Notes under the pieces: model-generated
What the model was told of the DNA's origin: nothing
The model's database searches: none
What the model saw: only the letters and a program-made list of their open reading frames with translations
Translations under genes and position numbers: made by a program
Assembly: GCA_036497525.1 (NCBI GenBank)
Contig: DASXJG010000071.1
Coordinates: 1-58,537, forward strand
Direction of reading: 5' to 3'
Length of the DNA: 58,537 nt
DNA from: Gaiellaceae bacterium
GTDB lineage: Bacteria; Actinomycetota; Thermoleophilia; Gaiellales; Gaiellaceae
In this document: piece by piece, positions 44,565 to 54,089 of the stretch
How the letters are laid out: each line of letters starts with the position of its first letter
Numbering within the stretch: the stretch's first letter is position 1

Positions 44565-47500
44565 CGACTTCCGGCAGCCGGGAGCGCAAACGCGGCCCGG
44601 CGCAGACGAGGTCGAGAGCCGGGCAGCCGGCGCACGCGAAGTCACTCGGCGTCGGCGGGAACTCGCCCGCCTGGATGCGCGCGATCGCGGCCGAGAGCTC
44701 GGCCTCGAGCTCGGGCACGTCGGCCCGGGTGAAGACGGCCTCCACGGGCGCCTCCGGCCGCTCGAGGAAGTGGTAGACGACCTCGACCTCCTCGGCGCCG
44801 GTGCGGAAGGACGCGAGCGCGTAGACGAGCCGCTGCAGCCCGTAGTCCTCCTCGACGATCTCCTCGGGCGAAGCCTCACCCAGTGCGTTCGTCTTGTAGT
44901 CGACGACCAGGGCGCGTCCGTCTCGCAAATGAAATGCGTCGAGGAAGCCGTGGACGAGCACCCCGTCGTGCTCGAACGTGAAGTGGCGCTCCTTCTGGAC
45001 GCCTTCGAGGGCGGCGACGCGGCGCGCGAGATCGGACTCGCAGTAGGCGGCGACCAAGTCGCGGACCTGCTCGTCCTCGAGCTCGGGCACGACCGGGGCG
45101 GCGAGGTCGATCTCCTCGAGCAGCGCGTGAACCAGGCTGCCCACCTCGGCTCCGGACCGGTCGGCGCCCTCCTCGAGCTCGACGGGCCGCTCGCTCAGGC
45201 CCAGGCCGTAACGGGCGAAGTACTTGTACGCGCACTGCTCGAAGGTCGAGAGCGCGGTGAACGAGAGCCGGCGCACGCGGAGGAGCGGAGGCTCCGGCAA
45301 CGCGACGAGCGGCGGCAGCTCGGGAGCTGCAGGCGGCGCAGCGATCTCCTCGATCGCGGAGAAGAGCTCGAGCTGGCCTGAGCTGCCACCGTCGGCGGCC
45401 AAGCCGCCGAACTCATCTCCCCCTTCCTCAGCCTTGTGCCGGTCTACGCGGACCAGCAGCCGCGCGTCGCCGCGGACGAGCTCGAGCGGGAGGTCGCCCG
45501 CCTCCACGAGCTCCTCGTCTGCGTCGAGCCGGTCGAGCACCCACGCGATCGGGGTCGGCACCTCGCGGTCGCTGCCGAGGTCGACGGAGCCGGAGACGAT
45601 CAGCCGCTCCTTCGCCCGCGTCATGGCGACGTAGTAGAGGCGCAGGCGCTCGGCCCGCTCCGCCTCCTGTCTCGCCTCCTTGACCGCCTCGTAGTCGAAG
45701 GCGCCGCGGCGTCTTGCAGTCACAGGATCCGCGACGCGGAATCCGAAGCGGCCGTCGGGCAGCGCGAGGATCTCGTCCGGCGAGGGCGGCACTCGGTCGC
45801 GCCCGGCGTCCGCGACGATCACGACCTTGAACTCCAGCCCCTTCGCTGCGTGGATCGTGAGGAGCCGCACCGCGTCGGCGCCCTCCTCCTCGGCCACCGC
45901 CTCGAGCTCCCGTGCGCCGACCGCTTCCTGCTCTGCGACGAAACGGACGAAGCCCTCGACGTCGGGCCCGCGCAGCTCTTCGTACGAGCGCGCCAGGCGC
46001 GCGAGCTTGCGCATGTTGGCGTAGCGCCTGCGCCCGTCCCACAGCGCGAGCACGGCGAGGTCGTAGTCGTGTGCCGCGACGATCTGTTCGCACAGCCGCT
46101 CGAGGGAGAGCCGCGGCATCGTCTCGACGAGCCGGTCGTAGCGCTGGCGGAACGCGCGCAGCAGCCGCTCGTCGCGCTCGGCGAGCCCGGGCGGCATCGA
46201 GTGCTCGATTCCGGAGAAGAACGGGCGCTTCGAGGCGACGCGGCGGATCAGCGCCAAGGCATCGTTCGATACGCCGACGAACGGCGATGCGAGCACCGAC
46301 ACGAGCGCCACGTCGTCGTACCGGTTCTGAAGCAGGCGGAGGTACGCGAGCAGGTCGACGACCTGCTGCTGGCCGAAGTAGCCCTTCCCGGTCGCCCGGT
46401 ACGTGGGCAGCCCGGCCCGCCGCAGCTCGTCCTCGTACCACTCGGCGTCGGTGCCGGCGGCGAAGAGGAGGACGATCTCGCCCGGGGTCGCCGCACCGGC
46501 GTCCACGAGCTCACGCACGCGCCGCGCCACGGCCCGGGCCTCTCCGCGCCGCCAGTGGACGCCGCTGTCCTTGTAGCTCTCCTTGTCGGTGACGAGCAGC
46601 TCGACCGGATGGCCGAAGACGGGGTCGGGGAACTCGGCCGCCGCGGCGAGCTCCTGGAACTCGCCGCCGAAGTGGGAGCCGAAGAGCTCGTTGACCGCGG
46701 CGAGCACCTCGGGCCGCGAGCGGTAGTTGAGCGTGAGCGAGAGGGGATGCTCGACGGTGTCGCGACGCTCGCGGAAGACCTGGACGTCCGCATGGCGGAA
46801 GCCGTAGATCGACTGGAACTCGTCGCCGACGAAGAAGAGCTCGGTTTCCGGCGTTCGCAGGAGGTCGATGATCTCCGTCTGTAGCCGGTTCGTGTCCTGG
46901 AACTCGTCCACGAGGATCGACCGGAAGCGCGCCTGCTCGCGCTCGCGGAGCTCCGGCTGCGACCGCAGCAGGTCGCGCGCCTCGAGCTGGAGGTCCTCGA
47001 AGTCGAGCGCAGACTCGCGCGCCTTCGCCTCGGCGTACCGCCCGGCGAAGAGTGTGAGGAGCTCCTGGAGCAGCGCGCGGTCCCGGGCAGCCGCCTCGTC
47101 GAGCGCGGCCTGCTCGACCGCGGCGAGGGCTTCGCAGTATGCGGCCGCGCGGTCTCCCCGGGCCTTGAAGCCTCCGAGCCCCATCAACCGGTCGGGACGC
47201 CGGTCGCGCTCGAGCAGCTCGAGCAGCTCATTCGCCGCCTGCGACTGCGCGTCCGTCGCGTCGGGGTCGGCAGCGAGCATCGTGGCCGCGGTGCGCAGCT
47301 CCTCGACGCGCTCGCCGAGCTCAGGCCGCGGAGCGACCTCGAGGTCGAGCTCGCGGCCGGCCGCACGAAGGGTCTCGTAGACGCTCGTCAGCATCCGCCG
47401 CAGCCCGCCGCTGCCGTAGGTCGCAAGCAGCTCGAGTCGCTGCGGCTCGTTGCCGGAGCAGAACTCCGCCAGGGCCTCGCCGAAGGCCTCCGAGCGCAAC

Positions 47501-47856
47501 ACCGCTGCCTGCGCCTCGTCGAGCTCGCGGAAACGGGGATCGAGACCGGCGGCGAGCGGATACGCCCTCAGGAGCCGGGCGCAGAAGCCGTGGATCGTCG
47601 AGATCCAGGCGCCGTCGAGCTCGCGCGCGAGGTCATGCCGGCCTCGTTCGAGAAGCGCCGCGCGGATCCGCGTCCGGAGCTCGCCGGCGGCCCGGCGCGT
47701 GTACGTGATCACGAGGATCGAGTCGACGTCGAGGCCGCGGTCGCAGACCGCGCGGACGACCCGCTCCACGAGCACGGCCGTCTTTCCTGTGCCTGCGCCG
47801 GCGGAGACGAAGACCTCGCCGGCCGCTTCGACCGCGCTCAGCTGCTGCTCGTTCAT
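44554..47856 (-). CDS. addA: AddA-type helicase-nuclease (UvrD/Rep SF1 motor plus C-terminal PD-(D/E)XK nuclease)
   Basis: Start trimmed to ATG 47856 (ATGA overlap with the upstream gene). Walker A AGAGTGKT, UvrD motifs (ITYTRRAAGEL, VDEFQDT, LNYRS, IHAAKGLEF), a C-terminal nuclease motif VVDYKT, and the Cys set FEQC...CAGC......C. Confidence 0.85.
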   Translation of the reverse strand: MNEQQLSAVEAAGEVFVSAGAGTGKTAVLVERVVRAVCDRGLDVDSILVITYTRRAAGELRTRIRAALLERGRHDLARELDGAWISTIHGFCARLLRAYPLAAGLDPRFRELDEAQAAVLRSEAFGEALAEFCSGNEPQRLELLATYGSGGLRRMLTSVYETLRAAGRELDLEVAPRPELGERVEELRTAATMLAADPDATDAQSQAANELLELLERDRRPDRLMGLGGFKARGDRAAAYCEALAAVEQAALDEAAARDRALLQELLTLFAGRYAEAKARESALDFEDLQLEARDLLRSQPELREREQARFRSILVDEFQDTNRLQTEIIDLLRTPETELFFVGDEFQSIYGFRHADVQVFRERRDTVEHPLSLTLNYRSRPEVLAAVNELFGSHFGGEFQELAAAAEFPDPVFGHPVELLVTDKESYKDSGVHWRRGEARAVARRVRELVDAGAATPGEIVLLFAAGTDAEWYEDELRRAGLPTYRATGKGYFGQQQVVDLLAYLRLLQNRYDDVALVSVLASPFVGVSNDALALIRRVASKRPFFSGIEHSMPPGLAERDERLLRAFRQRYDRLVETMPRLSLERLCEQIVAAHDYDLAVLALWDGRRRYANMRKLARLARSYEELRGPDVEGFVRFVAEQEAVGARELEAVAEEEGADAVRLLTIHAAKGLEFKVVIVADAGRDRVPPSPDEILALPDGRFGFRVADPVTARRRGAFDYEAVKEARQEAERAERLRLYYVAMTRAKERLIVSGSVDLGSDREVPTPIAWVLDRLDADEELVEAGDLPLELVRGDARLLVRVDRHKAEEGGDEFGGLAADGGSSGQLELFSAIEEIAAPPAAPELPPLVALPEPPLLRVRRLSFTALSTFEQCAYKYFARYGLGLSERPVELEEGADRSGAEVGSLVHALLEEIDLAAPVVPELEDEQVRDLVAAYCESDLARRVAALEGVQKERHFTFEHDGVLVHGFLDAFHLRDGRALVVDYKTNALGEASPEEIVEEDYGLQRLVYALASFRTGAEEVEVVYHFLERPEAPVEAVFTRADVPELEAELSAAIARIQAGEFPPTPSDFACAGCPALDLVCAGPRLRSRLPEVVAS

Positions 47857-50789
47857 GCTCGCTCGATCCGGCACATCGGCCAGAGGTCGCACCACGTCGG
47901 GCACTCGCCGCCGAGCGGGTCGTGACGGACGTCCCCTTCCCTGATCCGCTCGGCGAGCCCGGTCGCCGTCTGCCGCGCCGACTCGACCATGCCCCAGAAC
48001 GCCTCCTCGTCGAGGTAGTCGTGCGAGACGTAGCCGGGCAGAGTCTCGGCCTCGGATCCGCGGACGAGCCCGCGCGGGCGGCGTGCTCCGGCCAGCGGCC
48101 GGTAGAGGCCCCCGAGCGGCTCGAGCCCGACGAGGTCGCGCAGGACGAGCATGTAGAGCGGGATCTGGAGCCGCAGCTCGCTCTCGATCTGCCGCGCCGA
48201 GTACGCGCTCTTGCCCGACTTGTAATCCTGGACGACTCCGCGCGCGCCGAACGGGTCGACGTCGATCCGGTCGATCTTCCCCGAGAGTGTGAGGCCGGGT
48301 GCGAGCTCGAGCCCGCGCTGCAGCTCGGGTGCGGCGCGCTCGCTGCCGAACGAGACCTCGAACCGGCGGGGGACGAGCGGCAGCTGCGACTCGCACTCCT
48401 CCTCGACGAGCGCCGCCAGGTCGCGCCACAGCGTCTGGTCGAGCTCCCGCTCCTGCATCTCGGTGAGGTCCATCCGGACGCCGGCGAGCGACTCGTCGAG
48501 GCAGGCGCGCATCAGCCTCGTCGCAGCCTCGAGCTGTTGCGGCTCGAGCTTCTCGACTCCAAGCTCGGCCGGGATGCGCGAGAAGAAGCGGTGCAGTGTG
48601 TTGTGGGCGACGATCCCGCGCTGGAGAGCGTCCGGCTCGGCGTCGATCTTCTTTGGGGAGAGGAACCGCTCGAAGAACCAGGCCGACGAGCAGTCGGCGA
48701 AGCGCTCGAGCTCGGTCACGCCGAAGGAGCCGCGCGAGCCGAGCTGTTCGAGGACCAGTGGATGCGTGATGCGGGTCGGTCGGTGGAAGGCGCCGCGAGC
48801 GCGCTCGAGCTTCCGCTCCCAGCCGTTCGCGCGTGCGAGCGCGTCGGCGGCCCTCGCGTCGTGTGCCGCCAGCTCTGCGAGCGCGCGCAGGCGCTCGCGC
48901 TCGGTCGGGGCCTGGTCGAGCGGCCAGGTCAGCGCCGAGAGTGGCCGGCGGCGTGTCCAGTTCCGCACGTCGTCCGGGTCGAAGAGCGCCTGCACGTCGT
49001 GCCAGAAGGGGCTCGCGTCGCGCGGGCTCCCGTCGTCGTCCGCCGCCTCACGCACGAGATAGAGCCGCTGTGAGGCGCGCGTACAGGCGGTGTAGAAGAG
49101 GTAGCGGTCGCGGGAAACCGGATCCGCGCGCTCCAGCCTCGCGCCGCGCTGGTCGAGCCCGCGCCGCGCCTCGTCGTCGAGGAACGGCGAGCCGGTCCCC
49201 CGCCGCGGCAGGCTCCCCTCCTCCAGACCGAGCACGAAGACTGCGTCGAAGCGCCGCGTGCGCGCGCGCCGGAGGTCGACGACGGCGACGCGACCCGCGT
49301 CGTCTCCGATCCTCGGCCGCAGCGCGGCGCGCTCGATTGCCGCGAGGACATCCTCGCGGGTCAGGTCTCCGCTCTGCTCGTTCCACCCCTCGAGCTCTGC
49401 CAAAAGCCGAGTCAGTGTCTCGTGGGCGCGCAGGTCGAGCCGGCTCGCGACGTCCGCGGGGGGCCGTTCGACGCCGTAGGCGTTCTGCAGCATCTGGGCG
49501 GCGAGGTCCCGCACGGCGACCACCGGATCGGCCGACGCCTGCAGCTCGGCGAGCGCCGGCAACGGAGCGTCCCGCAGGCGTTCAGCCTCCTCGATCACAC
49601 GCTCCGGGGCCTGCACCGCACGCCCGCGCAAGCGTCCCTCGACGAAGTCGACCGACCGCCGCTCGAGCCCGGAGAACGGCGAGCGGAGGTAGCGGAAGAG
49701 ATCGTTCCGGGTCCCTCCTCCCCACGCGAAGCGAAGCAGCGCCGCGAGGGCGTGGACGAGCGGTGTCTGCGTGAGCCGGATCTCGCCGTCGACGGCAAAC
49801 GGGATGCCGAACGAGCCGAGCACCGTCTCGAGCACGCCGCGCACCCGGTCGTAGCTCGGCACCACCAGCCCGATCCGCTCGGGCGGCGTCCCGGCTCGGG
49901 CTAGCGCGAGCACTTCCTCGCCGACGAGCTCGAGGGTGCCGCGGCTGCCCGCGCCCTCGAAGAAGCGGACCGCGCCGTCGATCGGCGGCGAGTCGCCCGG
50001 CTCGTCGGAGAAGAGCGCGCGCTCCAGGTGCGCCAGTGCCGGCGGCGCGACGGCGGCGTAGCGCGGGGGCAGCTCTTCGATCGCACCGACGGCGAGGCCG
50101 GCGAGGTCCTCGGCTGTGCGGTGCAGCGCCTCGAAGGCGGGCCGTCCCGGCTCGTAAGGCAGCGAGACGGTGACTTCCGTCCTGGCGGCCAGCGCCTCGA
50201 CGAGTGCCCACTCGGCTCCGGTGAGGTCCTCGAAGCCGTAGGCGAAGACGGGCTGCCCGTGCCAGGCGTCGAGGTCACTGTGGAGCCGCTCGACGGCGCT
50301 CCTGCGGAGCAGCCCGAGATCCCAGCGCCCGATCCGGTCGAGCTCCTCGCGGTAGGCGGCGTAGAGCGCGCCGAGCTCGCCGTCGACGGCAGCGGGATCA
50401 AGCAGCCCCGACTCGAGCTCGTCGAGCGCTTGCTGGAGGGAGTCGGCGAAGCCCGAGCGGGCTGCAGAGGCCGCGAAGCCGTGCAGGTCGGCGCCGTTCA
50501 CGACGCGACGGACGAGCAGCGTCCGCTCGGTGCTCCCCAGGACTCTGCGTGCGTCCGCGCACCCCTTGGCGAGCTCCTTGAAGACGTCGTCGAAGGTGCC
50601 GATCGAGCCGCCCAGGAGCGCCGGCCGCAACGCGAGCAGCTCCCGCTCCACCCGGTCGACGTCCGCCCGGTTCGGCACGATGAGAAGCGGTTCCGCGAGG
50701 TCGTCGGTGCCGAGGGCATCCAGATAACGGCCGAGCAGCAGCTCGACCTTGCCCGCGTTGGCAGGCCCCGCGATGAGACGAAGCGGCAC
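47853..50789 (-). CDS. addB: AddB/RexB-type helicase-nuclease subunit
   Basis: GTG start. N-terminal P-loop IAGPANAGK. C-terminal RecB-like nuclease (VVQDYKSGK) with the Cys set FADC...CPTWC.....C. Confidence 0.8.
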   Translation of the reverse strand: MPLRLIAGPANAGKVELLLGRYLDALGTDDLAEPLLIVPNRADVDRVERELLALRPALLGGSIGTFDDVFKELAKGCADARRVLGSTERTLLVRRVVNGADLHGFAASAARSGFADSLQQALDELESGLLDPAAVDGELGALYAAYREELDRIGRWDLGLLRRSAVERLHSDLDAWHGQPVFAYGFEDLTGAEWALVEALAARTEVTVSLPYEPGRPAFEALHRTAEDLAGLAVGAIEELPPRYAAVAPPALAHLERALFSDEPGDSPPIDGAVRFFEGAGSRGTLELVGEEVLALARAGTPPERIGLVVPSYDRVRGVLETVLGSFGIPFAVDGEIRLTQTPLVHALAALLRFAWGGGTRNDLFRYLRSPFSGLERRSVDFVEGRLRGRAVQAPERVIEEAERLRDAPLPALAELQASADPVVAVRDLAAQMLQNAYGVERPPADVASRLDLRAHETLTRLLAELEGWNEQSGDLTREDVLAAIERAALRPRIGDDAGRVAVVDLRRARTRRFDAVFVLGLEEGSLPRRGTGSPFLDDEARRGLDQRGARLERADPVSRDRYLFYTACTRASQRLYLVREAADDDGSPRDASPFWHDVQALFDPDDVRNWTRRRPLSALTWPLDQAPTERERLRALAELAAHDARAADALARANGWERKLERARGAFHRPTRITHPLVLEQLGSRGSFGVTELERFADCSSAWFFERFLSPKKIDAEPDALQRGIVAHNTLHRFFSRIPAELGVEKLEPQQLEAATRLMRACLDESLAGVRMDLTEMQERELDQTLWRDLAALVEEECESQLPLVPRRFEVSFGSERAAPELQRGLELAPGLTLSGKIDRIDVDPFGARGVVQDYKSGKSAYSARQIESELRLQIPLYMLVLRDLVGLEPLGGLYRPLAGARRPRGLVRGSEAETLPGYVSHDYLDEEAFWGMVESARQTATGLAERIREGDVRHDPLGGECPTWCDLWPMCRIERA

Positions 50790-50897
50790 CCACCTACGCT
50801 AGCGCGGCTTCCGGGCGGATAAGGGCTGCTTGTGCCCGCGTGGTCGGCACGAGAAGCTGAGCGCCCGGGTCGTTACGGCTAGGGGAGGAGTTCGATC

Positions 50898-51678
50898 GTG
50901 AAGACATCATCGAAGCTTGGCGTGCTCGTGGTCGTTTCCGTCATGTTCGCCTTTCAGCTCGTCGGGTCGGCCGGCGCGCGGACCACGCCGAGATCAACCG
51001 TCGACTCCGCCGCGTACGTCAGGGCCGCCGTCGCATTCCTGAGGGCTCAGGCCCCTGCGGTCGCCGGCCTGATGTCGCCGCTGATGACGCCCGTTGGCTG
51101 CTCCTCCGGCGCCCACTCGCTCTCGCACTTCGGCGACCGGCTGTATCCCGAGATGGGGAACGGCGGCTACACGAGCCTCCACACAGTCCGGGATCGACAC
51201 CTGTGTCGGCACGGTGCCGAATGGGAGCAACATCGACACCTCGACGGTCGGAACGCACTCGTTCACCGTCACCGGCACCGACAAGGGCGGCAACGTGACC
51301 ACGAAGACGGTCCACTACACCGTCGTCTACGCCTTCAACGGCTTCTTCAGCCCGATTGGGAACGAAGCGGATTCATCCTTGAACCTCGTCCACGCCGGCG
51401 ACCTGATCAAGATCGGCTTCGGCCTCGACGGCGACCAGGGGCTGAACATCGGCATCTTCAGCTCCACGCAGGTCACCTGCCCCATGTCCTGGATCGCCCA
51501 CACGGTCCCGGCGGCCGGCGCGGGAACGAACCCGGGGCTCTCCTTCGGGGTCAGCTCGGGCCACTACAGCTACGGCTGGCAGACCTCGTCCGGATGGGCC
51601 GGCACCTGCCGCCAGTTCAGCCTGCAACTGAACGACGGCACTGCGCCTCACACGGCGATCTTCGCGTTCTTCAGCTAG
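50898..51678 (+). pseudogene. Frameshifted secreted protein gene: a signal-peptide N-terminus in one frame, and Ig-like plus PxKF-like C-terminal domains in the +1 frame
   Basis: The frame of 50898 codes well up to ..FGDRLYPEMGNGGYTSLHT (about 51185). Good coding (high GC3) then continues only in the frame of ORF 51094..51678 (IDTSTVGTHSFTVTGTDKGGN..., WAGTCRQFSLQLNDGT). Confidence 0.5.
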
Positions 51679-51689
51679 GACGACCTCGC

Positions 51690-51715
51690 GGGGAGCGGCC
51701 TTCGCGCCGCTCCCC
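51690..51715. terminator. Perfect 10-bp inverted repeat between convergent genes
   Basis: ggggagcggc (51690-51699), loop cttcgc, then gccgctcccc (51706-51715). It lies between the stops at 51678 and 51718. Confidence 0.55.
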
Positions 51716-51717
51716 AC

Positions 51718-51918
51718 TCACGCGATCGTCGCGGACTTCGGCCTGCGGCCGCGGCGGGCGGCGGCGCGGCCGGGCGTCTTGCCGGCACAGTTGTCGCAGA
51801 GATCCGCCTGCTTGGCGCCGCGGCGTGCGTCGTTGTACGTGACCCGCATCACCGCGCCCTTTCCCTCCTCGACCTCGTTGCTGCAGCTGTCGCATACGAG
51901 CACTGTCTTGCGAGCCAC
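51718..51918 (-). CDS. 66-aa Cys4 zinc-ribbon protein with an Arg/Lys-rich AT-hook-like tail; possible small nucleoid-associated protein
   Basis: GTG 51918 lies 5 nt after GAGGAGGAAATA. Cys pairs CDSC...CDNC, and the tail AARRGRRPKSA. The N-terminal pattern KTV.V.D......V.RVTY.D loosely recalls Lsr2. Confidence 0.55.
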   Translation of the reverse strand: MARKTVLVCDSCSNEVEEGKGAVMRVTYNDARRGAKQADLCDNCAGKTPGRAAARRGRRPKSATIA

Positions 51919-51966
51919 TATTTCCTCCTCGATTGTCGGAACTACGTGCAAAAACCCTAACCCAAA

Positions 51967-52977
51967 CTACGCGGCCTTTCGCGCCTCACGAATACGCCAC
52001 GAACGCAACAAGCTGAGCATCGCCTGCTCCTCCGGCGATAGCCCGGGATCGCGCGCCTTGACGAGGCGCAAATGACGGGGCCGAAAATCGTCGATCGTTC
52101 TTCCGTCCAAGTACTGCTCGACGACGGCCGGCGATACATACGAGCCGCGAGTCACCGCAGGCGTATTTCCGAGTTGCTTCGCGACACGCTGCATGACCGC
52201 GGAAACCGATCGCTTCTGCGCGCTCACCGATTCCGGAAGTCCGCGCTGCTCGTCCAGCTCGGCGAAGTAAACGGCAGCAAGGAGCGTGCCGCCCCAGGTC
52301 CGGAAGTCCTTGGCGCTGAACTCCTCGCCGAGATAGATCTTCACGTAGTCGTTCAGCCGCTCGCTCGTGAGGTTGTAGAGGCCGTCTTCCCAGCGGTACT
52401 TGAAGACGCGCGGGCCGCCTCTGACCTTCAGGAGCCCGCGAATCGCGTCGGCGAGCTCCTCGTCGACCAGCTCGGACCGGACTCGAATGCCCGCCTTGGA
52501 CGGAAAGGAAAGCCGGATTCTCGTGCCGCGAACCTCGACGTGGCGCCTGAGCAACGTCGTCACACCGTACGTTCCTTCGCGCGCAAACCGCTCCGAGCCG
52601 ACGCGGAACCAGCCGAGCGAGATGAGGCGCAACGCGACGGCCGAAACGCGCTCGCGATCGAGCTCGTCCTCGTCGAGATGCCCGGTCATTGCCGCGCGCA
52701 GCTCCGGCAGGTGCTCGCCGAACCGGATCAGCCGGTCGTACTTGGCCTGCTCCTGCGCGGCGCGATATTCCGGGTGGTACAGGTACTGCTTCCGGCCCGC
52801 CCTGTCGTAGCCGGTCGCCTGCAGCTTGGCGCCGGGCCGAGCGGCGATCCAGACGTCTGACCACGCCGGAGGAATGGCGAGCTCTTCGATGCGCTCGAGA
52901 ACCGCCGGATCGCGGATGGGCCGTCCCCGCCCGTCGAGGTAGCGAAATGCGCGCTTGCTTCCAACCCGGCTCGGCAT
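51967..52977 (-). CDS. DNA topoisomerase IB (poxvirus-like bacterial type)
   Basis: Start trimmed to ATG 52977. Motifs LAIPPAWSDVWI, ATGYDRAGRKQYLYH, FSAKDFRTWGGT, and the catalytic-Tyr region PAVTRGSYVSP. Confidence 0.8.
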   Translation of the reverse strand: MPSRVGSKRAFRYLDGRGRPIRDPAVLERIEELAIPPAWSDVWIAARPGAKLQATGYDRAGRKQYLYHPEYRAAQEQAKYDRLIRFGEHLPELRAAMTGHLDEDELDRERVSAVALRLISLGWFRVGSERFAREGTYGVTTLLRRHVEVRGTRIRLSFPSKAGIRVRSELVDEELADAIRGLLKVRGGPRVFKYRWEDGLYNLTSERLNDYVKIYLGEEFSAKDFRTWGGTLLAAVYFAELDEQRGLPESVSAQKRSVSAVMQRVAKQLGNTPAVTRGSYVSPAVVEQYLDGRTIDDFRPRHLRLVKARDPGLSPEEQAMLSLLRSWRIREARKAA

Positions 52978-53011
52978 GTCCCTTTCCACAACGACACTAG
53001 ACTGGCCGCCG

Positions 53012-54085
53012 ATGCGGGACGAGCAGACGATCGTCGTCCTCGAGGGCGACGAGACAGGACAGGAGCTGCTGGAGGAGAGCCTTCGCGTGCTCGAGCCGGA
53101 CGTGATCGGCGTCGAGCTCTCCTTCCCGCGCTTCGACCTCTCGCTCGAACGCCGCCGTGAGACCGACAACGCGGTCGTCCACGAAGCGGCGGCCGCGATC
53201 CGGGAGCACGGGCTCGGCCTGAAAGCGGCCACGATCACGCCCGAGGGCCGCGACGACGTCGGCTCGCCCAACCGCATCCTCCGCGAGGAGATCGGCGGCA
53301 ACGTCATCGTCCGCACCGGACGCCGGATCCCCGGCGTTGCCCCGCTTGGCGGGGTGCATGCGCCGATCTCGATCGTCCGGATGGCGGTCGGGGACGCCTA
53401 CGGCGCGAAGGAGTGGCGCGAGGGCGAGGGCGACGATGAGGTCGCGTTCCGCACCGAGCGCATCGAGCGGCGCATCTGCCACGGCGTCTCCGAGTTCGCC
53501 TTCCGCCAGGCGGAGCGCACCGGCGCCAAGGTCTTCGGCGGGCCGAAGTACACGGTCAGCCCGACCTACGAGGGGATGCTGAAGGAGGAGATGGACGCGG
53601 CCGCGGAGCGTCATCCCGACGTGCCCTACGAGCCGCAACTCATCGACGCGACGTTCGCGCTCCTCCTCTCCTCCGCGGGCGACCCGCTCGTGATCCCGGC
53701 CCTCAACCGCGACGGTGACATCCTCTCCGACCTCGTTCTGCCGTTGTTCGGCTCGATCGCCGGCTCGGAATCGCTGCTCGTCGCCTTCGAGTCGGACTTC
53801 GAGCCTGCCGCCATCATGGCCGAGGCCGCCCACGGCACAGCGCCCTCGCTGCAGGGGAAGAACGTGGCGAACCCGATGGCGATGATCCTCGCCGGCGCGG
53901 CGCTGCTCTCACACGGGAGCGAGGACGCGCAGCGCGCGGGACGGGCGATCCGCGAGGCCTGCCTCGAGGCCGTGGCGCAGGGTGCGCGCACCGCCGACCT
54001 CGGCGGTCATCTCGGCACCACGGAGTACACGGACGACGTCATCGGCCGCGTCCGCTCGAAGCTCGAAGTCTGGGCCGCGATCTAG
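53012..54085 (+). CDS. Isocitrate/isopropylmalate dehydrogenase family protein
   Basis: Start trimmed to ATG 53012. Motifs LEGDETGQEL, NRDGDILSDL and AHGTAPSLQGKNVANPMAMILA. Confidence 0.8.
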   Translation: MRDEQTIVVLEGDETGQELLEESLRVLEPDVIGVELSFPRFDLSLERRRETDNAVVHEAAAAIREHGLGLKAATITPEGRDDVGSPNRILREEIGGNVIVRTGRRIPGVAPLGGVHAPISIVRMAVGDAYGAKEWREGEGDDEVAFRTERIERRICHGVSEFAFRQAERTGAKVFGGPKYTVSPTYEGMLKEEMDAAAERHPDVPYEPQLIDATFALLLSSAGDPLVIPALNRDGDILSDLVLPLFGSIAGSESLLVAFESDFEPAAIMAEAAHGTAPSLQGKNVANPMAMILAGAALLSHGSEDAQRAGRAIREACLEAVAQGARTADLGGHLGTTEYTDDVIGRVRSKLEVWAAI

Positions 54086-54089
54086 CCCG

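Noticed and set aside
47857-48429. N-terminal 191-codon extension of the AddA-type ORF (listed as 44554..48429)
   Set aside because: The extension is Arg-rich, overlaps the well-supported AddB C-terminus in another frame, and precedes a canonical ATGA-coupled start at 47856 that begins the UvrD-type N-terminus.
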